A DNA stretch of 64,000 nucleotides, taken from positions 246,450,001 through 246,514,000 of the forward strand of contig OZ024741.1 in the NCBI GenBank assembly GCA_964016885.1, in the 5' to 3' direction. The notes under the pieces are model-generated. The model saw only the letters and a list, made by a program, of their open reading frames with translations, ran no database searches and was not told where the DNA came from. Of the stretch, positions 52,701 to 63,500 are shown in pieces (the stretch's first letter is position 1; each line of letters opens with the position of its first letter). The translations under genes were made by a program, and so were the position numbers. The stretch comes from Eledone cirrhosa (taxonomy: Eukaryota).

Positions 52701-55700
52701 TAAATTATCTCCCCCTGATTTTTTTTTACAAATTATCTACCCCTGATTTTTTTTTACAAATTATCTCCCCCTGATTTTTTTTACAAATTATCTCCCCCTG
52801 ATTTTTCTTTTACAAATTATCTCCCCCTGATTTTTTTACAAATTATCTCCCCCTGATTTTTTTTACAAATTGTCTCCGCCTGATTTTTTTAAATATTATC
52901 TTCCCTTGGCTGGCGGGAAATTACCTCCCCTTGGACGGCTGGAAATTATCTGCCCTTGATTTTCTTTTTACAAATTATCTTCCACTGATTTTTTTTACAA
53001 ATTATCTCCACCTGATTTTTTAAAAAATTATCTCCCCTTGGAAGGCTGGAAATTATCTCCCCTTGGCTGGAAATTATCTCCCCTTGGACGGCTAGAAATT
53101 ATCTCTCTTTGGACGGCTGGAAATTATCACCCCTTGATTTTTTAACAAATTATCTCCCCCTGATTTTTTTTACAAATCTCCCAGTGATTTTTAAAAAAAA
53201 ATTATCTCCCCTTCGCTGGCTGGAAATTATCTCCCCTTGGACGCTGGAAATTATAGCCCCTTGGAGGGCTGGAAATTATCTTCCCTTGGACGGCCGGAAA
53301 TTATCTCCCCTTGATTTTTTTTACAAATTATCTCCCCCTGATTTTTTTTTACAAATTATCTCCCCCTGATTTTTTTTTACAACTTATCTGCGCCTGATTT
53401 TTTTAAAAAAATTATCTCCCCTTGGACGGCTGGAAATTATCTCCCCTTGGACGGCTGGAAATTATCTCTCCTTGGACGGCTAGAATTTACCTCTCCTTGG
53501 ACGGCTGAAAATTATCTCCCCTTGGACGGCTGGAAATTATCTCCCCTTGATTTTTTTTACAAATTATCTCCCCCTTTTTTTTTTTTACAAATTATCTCCC
53601 CCTGATTTTTTTTTACAAATTATCTCCCCCTGATTTTTTTTTACAAATTATCTCCCCCTGATTTTTTTTACAAATTATCTCCCCCCTGATTTTTTTACAA
53701 ATTATCTCCCCTTGGCTGGCTGGAAATTATCTCCCCTTGGAGGCTGGAACTTATCTCCCCTTGGACGGCTAGAAATTACCTCTCCTTGGACGGCTGGAAA
53801 ATATGTCTCCTTGGACGGCTGGATATTATCTCCCCTTGGACGGCTGGAAATTATCTCCCCTTGGACGGCTGGAAATTATCTCCCCTTGGATGGCTAGATA
53901 TTACCTCCCCTTGGACGGCTGGAAATTATCTCCCCTTGATTTTTTTTACAAATTATCTCCCCCTGATTTTTTTTTACAAATTATCTCCCCCTGATTTTTT
54001 TTTTAAAATTATCTCCCCCTGATTTTTGTTTACAAATTATCTCCGCCTGATTTTTTTTAAAAAATTATCTCCCCTTGGACGGCTGGAAATTATCTCCCCT
54101 TGGACGGCTGGAAATTATATCTCCTTGGACGGCTAGAATTTACCTCTCCTTGGACGGCTGAAAATTATCTCCCCTTGGACGGCTGGAAATTATCTCCCCT
54201 TGATTTTTTTACAAATTATCTCCCCCTGATTTTTTTTTACAAATTATCTCCCCCTGATTTTTTTTTACAAATTATCTCCCCCTGATTTTTTTTTACAAAT
54301 TATCTCCCCCTGATTTTTTTACAAATTATCTCACCTTGGCTGGCTGGAAATTATCTCCCCTTGGAGGCTGGAACTTATCTCCCCTTGGACGGCTAGAAAT
54401 TACCTCTCCTTGGACGGCTGGAAAATATGTCTCCTTGGACGGCTGGATATTATCTCCCCTTGGACGGCTGGAAATTATCTCCCCTTGGACGGCTGGAAAT
54501 TATCTCCCCTTGGATGGCTAGATATTACCTCCCCTTGGACGGCTGGAAATTATCTCCCCTTGATTTTGTTTACAAATTATCTCCCCCTGATTTTTTTTTA
54601 CAAATTATCTCCCCCTGATTTTTTTTTACAAATTATCTCCCCCTGATTTTTGTTTACAAATTATCTCCGCCTGATTTTTTTTTTAAAATTATCTCCCCTT
54701 GGACGGCTGGAAATTATCTCCGCTCGGACGGCTAGAAATTACCTCTCCTTGGACGGCTGAAAATTATCTCCCCTTGGACGGCTGGAAATTATCTCCCCTT
54801 GATTTTTTTACAAATTATCTCCCCCTGATTTTTTTTTTACAAATTATCTCCCCCTGATTTTTTTTTAGAAATTATCTACCCCTGATTTTTTTTTACAAAT
54901 TATCTCCCCCTGATTTTTTTTTACAAATTATCTACCCCTGATTTTTTTTACAAATTATCTCCCCCTGATTTTTTTTACAAATTATCTCCCCCTGATTTTT
55001 TTTACAAATTATCTCCCCCTGATTTTTTTTTACAAATTATCTCCCCCTGATTTTTTTTACAAATTATCTCCCCCTGATTTTTTTTACAAATTATCTCCCC
55101 CTGATTTTTTTTTACAAATTATCTCCCCCTGATTTTTTTACAAATTATCTCCCCCTGATTTTTTTTACAAATTATCCGCCTGATTTTTTAAAATATTATC
55201 TCCCCTTGGACGGCTGGAAATTATCTGCCCTTGATTTTCTTTTTACAAATTAACTTCCACTGAATTTTTTTACAAATTATCTCCACCTGATTTTTTTAAA
55301 AATTATCTCCCCTTGGAAGGCTGGAAATTATCTCCCCTTGGCTGGAAATTATCTCCCCTTGGACGGCTAGAAATTATCTCTCTTTGGACGGCTGGAAATT
55401 ATCACCCCTTGAGTTTTTTACAAATTATCTCCCCCTGATTTTTTTTACAAATCTCCCAGTGATTTTAAAAAAAAAATTATCTTCCCTTCGCTGGCTGGAA
55501 ATTATCTCCCCTTGGACGCTGGAAATTATAGCCCCTTGGAGGGCTGGAAATTATCTTCCCTTGGACGGCTGGAAATTATCTCCCCTTGATTTTTTTTACA
55601 AATTATCTCCCCCTGATTTTTTTTTACAAATTATCTACCCCTGATTTTTTTTACAAATTATCTCCCCCTGATTTTTTTTACAAATTATCTCCCCCTGATT

Positions 55701-57700
55701 TTTTTTTTACAAATTATCTCCCCCTGATTTTTTTACAAATTATCTCCCCCTGATTTTTTTTACAAATTATCTCCGCCGGATTTTTTTAAATATTATCTTC
55801 CCTTGGCTTGCGGGAAATTATCTCCCCTTGGACGGCTGAAAATTATCTCCCCTTGGACGGCTGGAAATTATCTCCCCTTGATTTTTTTTACAAATTATCT
55901 CCCCCTGATTTTTTTTTACAAATTATCTCCCCCTGATTTTTTTTACAAATTATCTCCCCCTGATTTTTTTTTACAAATTATCTCCCCCTGATTTTTTTTA
56001 CAAATTATCTCCCCCTGATTTTTTTTACAAATTATCTACCCCTGATTTTTTTTTACAAATTATCTCCCCCTGATTTTTTTACAAATTATCTCCCCCTGAT
56101 TTTTTTTACAAATTATCCGCCTGATTTTTTAAAATATTATCTCCCCTTGGACGGCTGGAAATTATCTGCCCTTGATTTTCTTTTTACAAATTAACTTCCA
56201 CTGATTTTTTTTACAAATTATCTCCACCTGATTTTTTTAAAAATTATCTCCCCTTGGAAGGCTGGAAATTATCTCCCCTTGGCTGGAAATTATCTCCCCT
56301 TGGACGGCTAGAAATTATCTCTCTTTGGACGGCTGGAAATTATCACCCCTTGAGTTTTTTACAAATTATCTCCCCCTGATTTTTTTTACAAATCTCCCAG
56401 TGATTTTTAAAAAAAAATTATCTTCCCTTCGCTGGCTGGAAATTATCTCCCCTTGGACGCTGGAAATTATAGCCCCTTGGAGGGCTGGAAATTATCTTCC
56501 CTTGGACGGCTGGAAATTATCTCCCCTTGATTTTTTTTACAAATTATCTCCCCCTGATTTTTTTTTACAAATTATCTCCCCCTGATTTTTTTTTACAACT
56601 TATCTGCGCCTGATTTTTTAAAAAAAATTATCTCCCCTTGGACGGCTGGAAATTATCTCCCCTTGGACGGCTGGAAATTATCTCTCCTTGGACGGCTAGA
56701 ATTTACCTCTCCTTGGACGGCTGAAAATTATCTCCCCTTGGACGGCTGGAAATTATCTCCCCTTGATTTTTTTTACAAATTATCTCCCCCTGATTTTTTT
56801 TTACAAATTATCTCCCCCTGATTTTTTTTTACAAATTATCTCCCCCTGATTTTTTTTACAAATTATCTCCCCCTGATTTTTTTTTACAAATTATCTCCCC
56901 CTGATTTTTTTTTTACAAATTATCTCCGCCTGATTTTTTTTTTAAAATTACCTCCCCTTGGACGGCTGGAAATTATCTCCCCTTGGACGGCTGGAAATTA
57001 TCTCCCCTTGGACGGCTAGAAATTATCTCTCCTTGGACGGCTGAAAATTATCTCCCCTTGGACGGCTGCAAATTATCTCCCCTTGATTTTTTTTACAAAT
57101 TATCTCCCCCTGATTTTTTTTACAAATTATCTCCCCCTGATTTTTTTTACAAATTATCTACCCCTGATTTTTTTTACAAATTATCTCCCCCTGATTTTTT
57201 TTTACAAATTATCTCCCCCTGATTTCTTTTTACAAATTATCTCCCCCTGATTTTTTTTTTACAAATTATCTCCCCCTGATTTTTTTACAAAGTATCTCCC
57301 CCTGATTTTTTTTACAATCTCCGCCTGATTTTTTTAAAAATTATCTTCCCTTGGCTGGCGGGAAATTATCTCCCCTTGGACGGCTGGAAATTATCTCCCC
57401 TTGGAAGGATGGAAATTATCTCCCCTTGGACGGCTGGAAATTATCTCCCCTTGAACGGCTGGAAATTATCTCCCCTTGGCTGGAAATTATCTCCCCTTGG
57501 ACGGCTAGAAATTATCTCTCTTTGGACGGCTGGAAATTATCTCCCTTTGATTTTTTTTACAAATTATCTCCCTCTGATTTTTTTTACAAATCTCCCCCTG
57601 ATTTTTTTAAAAAAATTATCTCCCCTTCGCTGGCTGGAAATTATCTTCCCTTGGACGGCTGGAAATTATCTCCCCTTGATTTTTTTTACAAATTATCTTC
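46700..57700 (+). repeat. Tandem higher-order repeat, period 5207 bp, becoming 5095 bp after a 112-bp loss near 55.6 kb
   Basis: Constant offset 5207 for ORFs 47049, 47902, 48505, 48893, 49129 and 50177; offset 5095 for 50708, 51230, 51888 and 52256. Confidence 0.93.
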
Positions 57701-58940
57701 GCCTGATTTTTTTTTTAAATTATCTCTCCTTGGACGGCTGGAAATTATCTCCCCTTGATTTTTTTTACAAATAATCTCCCCCTGATTTTTTTTTATAAAT
57801 TATCTCCCCCTGATTTTTTTTTACAAATTATCTACCCCTGATTTTTTTTTACAAATTATCTCCCCCTGATTTTTTTTACAAATTATCTCCCCCTGATTTT
57901 TCTTTTACAAATTACCTCCCCCTGATTTTTTTACAAATTATCTCCCCCTGATTTTTTTTACAAATTGTCTCCGCCTGATTTTTTTAAATATTATCTTCCC
58001 TTGGCTGGCGGGAAATTACCTCCCCTTGGACGGCTGGAAATTATCTGCCCTTGATTTTCTTTTTACAAATTATCTTCCACTGATTTTTTTTACAAATTAT
58101 CTCCACCTGATTTTTTAAAAAATTATCTCCCCTTGGAAGGCTGGAAATTATCTCCCCTTGGACGGCTAGAAATTATCTCTCTTTGGACGGCTGGAAATTA
58201 TCACCCCTTGAGTTTTTTACAAATTATCTCCCCCTGATTTTTTTTACAAATCTCCCAGTGATTTTTTAAAAAAAATTATCTCCCCTTCGCTGGCTGGAAA
58301 TTATCTCCCCTTGGACGCTGGAAATTATAGCCCTTTGGAGGGCTGGAAATTATCTTCCCTTGGACGGCTGGAAATTATCTCCCCTTGATTTTTTTTACAA
58401 ATTATCTCCCCCTGATTTTTTTTTACAAATTATCTCCCCCTGATGTTTTTTTACAACTTATCTGCGCCTGATTTTTTTAAAAAAATTATCTCCCCTTGGA
58501 CGGCTGGAAATTATCTCCCCTTGGACGGCTGGAAATTATCTCTCCTTGGACGGCTAGAATTTACCTCTCCTTGGACGGCTGAAAATTATCTCCCCTTGAA
58601 CGGCTGGAAATTATCTCCCCTTGATTTTTTTTACAAATTATCTCCCCCTTTTTTTTTTTTACAAATTATCTCCCCCTGATTTTTTTTTACAAATTATCTC
58701 CCCCTGATTTTTTTTTACAAATTATCTCCCCCTGATTTTTTTTACAAATTATCTCCCCCCTGATTTTTTTACAAATTATCTCCCCTTGGCTGGTTGGAAA
58801 TTATCTCCCCTTGGAGGCTGGAACTTATCTCCCCTTGGACGGCTAGAAATTACCTCTCCTTGGACGGCTGGAAAATATGTCTCCTTGGACGGCTGGATAT
58901 TATCTCCCCTTGGACGGCTGGAAATTATCTCCCCTTGGAC
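57300..58940 (+). repeat. Dispersed copy of about 41110-42750 (offset 16190)
   Basis: ORF pairs 41161/57351, 42253/58443 and 42596/58786; shared GATGTTTT, TTGAACGG and GCTGGTTGG variants. Confidence 0.85.
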
Positions 58941-60579
58941 GGCTGGAAATTATATCTCCTTGGACGGCTAGAATTTACCTCTCCTTGGACGGCTGAAAAT
59001 TATCTCCCCTTGGACGGCTGGAAATTATCTCCCCTTGATTTTTTTTACAAATTATCTCCCCCTGATTTTTTTTTACAAATTATCTCCCCCTGATTTTTTT
59101 TTACAAATTATCTCCCCCTGATTTTTTTTTACAAATTATCTCCCCCTGATTTTTTTACAAATTATCTCCCCTTGGCTGGCTGGAAATTATCTCCCCTTGG
59201 AGGCTGGAACTTATCTCCACTTGGACGGCTAGAAATTACCTCTCCTTGGACGGCTGGAAAATATGTCTCCTTGGACGGCTGGATATTATCTCCCCTTGGA
59301 CGGCTGGAAATTATCTCCCCTTGGACGGCTGGAAATTATCTCCCCTTGGATGGCTAGATATTACCTCCCCTTGGACGGCTGGAAATTATCTTCCCTTGAT
59401 TTTTTTTACAAATTATCTCCCCCTGATTTTTGTTTACAAATTATCTCCCCCTGATTTTTTTTTACAAATTATCTCCCCTTGGACGGCTGGAAATTATCTC
59501 CCCTTGGACGGCTAGAAATTACCTCTCCTTGGACGGCTGAAAATTATCTCCCCTTGGACGGCTGGAAATTATCTCCCCTTGATTTTTTTACAAATTATCT
59601 CCCCGATTTTTTTTTACAAATTATCTACCCCTGATTTTTTTTACAAATTATCTCCCCCTGATTTTTTTTACAAATTATCTCCCCCTGATTTTTTTTTTAC
59701 AAATTATCTCCCCCTGATTTTTTTACAAATTATCTCCCCCTGATTTTTTTACAAATTATCTCCGCCGGATTTTTTTAAATATTATCTTCCCTTGGCTTGC
59801 GGGAAATTATCTCCCCTTGGACGGCTGAAAATTATCTCCCCTTGGACGGCTGGAAATTATCTCCCCTTGATTTTTTTTACAAATTATCTCCCCCTGATTT
59901 TTTTTTACAAATTATCTCCCCCTGATTTTTTTTACAAATTATCTCCCCCTGATTTTTTTTTACAAATTATCTCCCCCTGATTTTTTTTACAAATTATCTC
60001 CCCCTGATTTTTTTTACAAATTATCTCCCCCTGATTTTTTTTTACAAATTATCTCCCCCTGATTTTTTTACAAATTATCTCCCCCTGATTTTTTTTACAA
60101 ATTATCTCCGCCTGATTTTTTAAAATATTATCTTCCCTTGGCTGGCGGGAAATTATCTCCCCTTGGACGGCTGGAAATTATCTGCCCTTGATTTTCTTTT
60201 TACAAATTAACTTCCACTGATTTTTTTTACAAATTATCTCCACCTGATTTTTTTAAAAATTATCTCCCCTTGGAAGGCTGGAAATTATCTCCCCTTCATT
60301 TTTTCTACAAATTATCTCCCCCTGATTTTTTTTTACAAATTATCTCCCCCTGATTTTTTTTTACAAATTATCTCCCCCTGATTTTTTTTTACAAATTATC
60401 TCCCCCTGATTTTTTTACAAATTATCTCCCCTTGGCTGGCTGGAAATTATCTCCCCTTGGAGGCTGGAACTTATCTCCCCTTGGACGGCTAGAAATTACC
60501 TCTCCTTGGACGGCTGGAAAATATGTCTCCTTGGACGGCTGGATATTATCTCCCCTTGGACGGCTGGAAATTATCTCCC

Positions 60580-63500
60580 CTTGGCTGGAAATTATCTCCC
60601 CTTGGACGGCTAGAAATTATCTCTCTTTGGACGGCTGGAAATTATCTCCCTTTGATTTTTTTTACAAATTATCTCCCTCTGATTTTTTTTACAAATCTCC
60701 CCCTGATTTTTAAAAAAAAATTATCTCCCCTTCGCTGGCTGGAAATTATCTTCCCTTGGACGGCTGGAAATTATCTCACCTTGATTTTTTTTACAAATTA
60801 TCTCCGCCTGATTTTTTTTTTAAATTATCTCTCCTTGGACGGCTGGAAATTATCTCCCCTTGATTTTTTTTACAAATAATCTCCCCCTGATTTTTTTTTA
60901 TAAATTATCTCCCCCTGATTTTTTTTTACAAATTATCTACCCCTGATTTTTTTTTACAAATTATCTCCCCCTGATTTTTTTTACAAATTATCTCCCCCTG
61001 ATTTTTCTTTTACAAATTATCTCCCCCTGATTTTTTTACAAATTATCTCCCCCTGATTTTTTTTACAAATTGTCTCCGCCTGATTTTTTTAAATATTATC
61101 TTCCCTTGGCTGGCGGGAAATTACCTCCCCTTGGACGGCTGGAAATTATCTGCCCTTGATTTTCTTTTTACAAATTATCTTCCACTGATTTTTTTTACAA
61201 ATTATCTCCACCTGATTTTTTAAAAAATTATCTCCCCTTGGAAGGCTGGAAATTATCTCCCCTTGGCTGGAAATTATCTCCCCTTGGACGGCTAGAAATT
61301 ATCTCTCTTTGGACGGCTGGAAATTATCACCCCTTGATTTTTTAACAAATTATCTCCCCCTGATTTTTTTTACAAATCTCCCAGTGATTTTTAAAAAAAA
61401 ATTATCTCCCCTTCGCTGGCTGGAAATTATCTCCCCTTGGACGCTGGAAATTATAGCCCCTTGGAGGGCTGGAAATTATCTTCCCTTGGACGGCCGGAAA
61501 TTATCTCCCCTTGATTTTTTTTACAAATTATCTCCCCCTGATTTTTTTTTACAAATTATCTCCCCCTGATTTTTTTTTACAACTTATCTGCGCCTGATTT
61601 TTTTAAAAAAATTATCTCCCCTTGGACGGCTGGAAATTATCTCCCCTTGGACGGCTGGAAATTATCTCTCCTTGGACGGCTAGAATTTACCTCTCCTTGG
61701 ACGGCTGAAAATTATCTCCCCTTGGACGGCTGGAAATTATCTCCCCTTGATTTTTTTTACAAATTATCTCCCCCTTTTTTTTTTTTACAAATTATCTCCC
61801 CCTGATTTTTTTTTACAAATTATCTCCCCCTGATTTTTTTTTACAAATTATCTCCCCCTGATTTTTTTTACAAATTATCTCCCCCCTGATTTTTTTACAA
61901 ATTATCTCCCCTTGGCTGGCTGGAAATTATCTCCCCTTGGAGGCTGGAACTTATCTCCCCTTGGACGGCTAGAAATTACCTCTCCTTGGACGGCTGGAAA
62001 ATATGTCTCCTTGGACGGCTGGATATTATCTCCCCTTGGACGGCTGGAAATTATCTCCCCTTGGACGGCTGGAAATTATCTCCCCTTGGATGGCTAGATA
62101 TTACCTCCCCTTGGACGGCTGGAAATTATCTCCCCTTGATTTTTTTTACAAATTATCTCCCCCTGATTTTTTTTTACAAATTATCTCCCCCTGATTTTTT
62201 TTTTAAAATTATCTCCCCCTGATTTTTGTTTACAAATTATCTCCGCCTGATTTTTTTTAAAAAATTATCTCCCCTTGGACGGCTGGAAATTATCTCCCCT
62301 TGGACGGCTGGAAATTATATCTCCTTGGACGGCTAGAATTTACCTCTCCTTGGACGGCTGAAAATTATCTCCCCTTGGACGGCTGGAAATTATCTCCCCT
62401 TGATTTTTTTACAAATTATCTCCCCCTGATTTTTTTTTACAAATTATCTCCCCCTGATTTTTTTTTACAAATTATCTCCCCCTGATTTTTTTTTACAAAT
62501 TATCTCCCCCTGATTTTTTTACAAATTATCTCACCTTGGCTGGCTGGAAATTATCTCCCCTTGGAGGCTGGAACTTATCTCCCCTTGGACGGCTAGAAAT
62601 TACCTCTCCTTGGACGGCTGGAAAATATGTCTCCTTGGACGGCTGGATATTATCTCCCCTTGGACGGCTGGAAATTATCTCCCCTTGGACGGCTGGAAAT
62701 TATCTCCCCTTGGATGGCTAGATATTACCTCCCCTTGGACGGCTGGAAATTATCTCCCCTTGATTTTGTTTACAAATTATCTCCCCCTGATTTTTTTTTA
62801 CAAATTATCTCCCCCTGATTTTTTTTTACAAATTATCTCCCCCTGATTTTTGTTTACAAATTATCTCCGCCTGATTTTTTTTTTTAAATTATCTCCCCTT
62901 GGACGGCTGGAAATTATCTCCGCTCGGACGGCTAGAAATTACCTCTCCTTGGACGGCTGAAAATTATCTCCCCTTGGACGGCTGGAAATTATCTCCCCTT
63001 GATTTTTTTACAAATTATCTCCCCCTGATTTTTTTTTTACAAATTATCTCCCCCTGATTTTTTTTTAGAAATTATCTACCCCTGATTTTTTTTTACAAAT
63101 TATCTCCCCCTGATTTTTTTTTACAAATTATCTACCCCTGATTTTTTTTACAAATTATCTCCCCCTGATTTTTTTTACAAATTATCTCCCCCTGATTTTT
63201 TTTACAAATTATCTCCCCCTGATTTTTTTTTACAAATTATCTCCCCCTGATTTTTTTTACAAATTATCTCCCCCTGATTTTTTTTACAAATTATCTCCCC
63301 CTGATTTTTTTTTACAAATTATCTCCCCCTGATTTTTTTACAAATTATCTCCCCCTGATTTTTTTTACAAATTATCCGCCTGATTTTTTAAAATATTATC
63401 TCCCCTTGGACGGCTGGAAATTATCTGCCCTTGATTTTCTTTTTACAAATTAACTTCCACTGAATTTTTTTACAAATTATCTCCACCTGATTTTTTTAAA

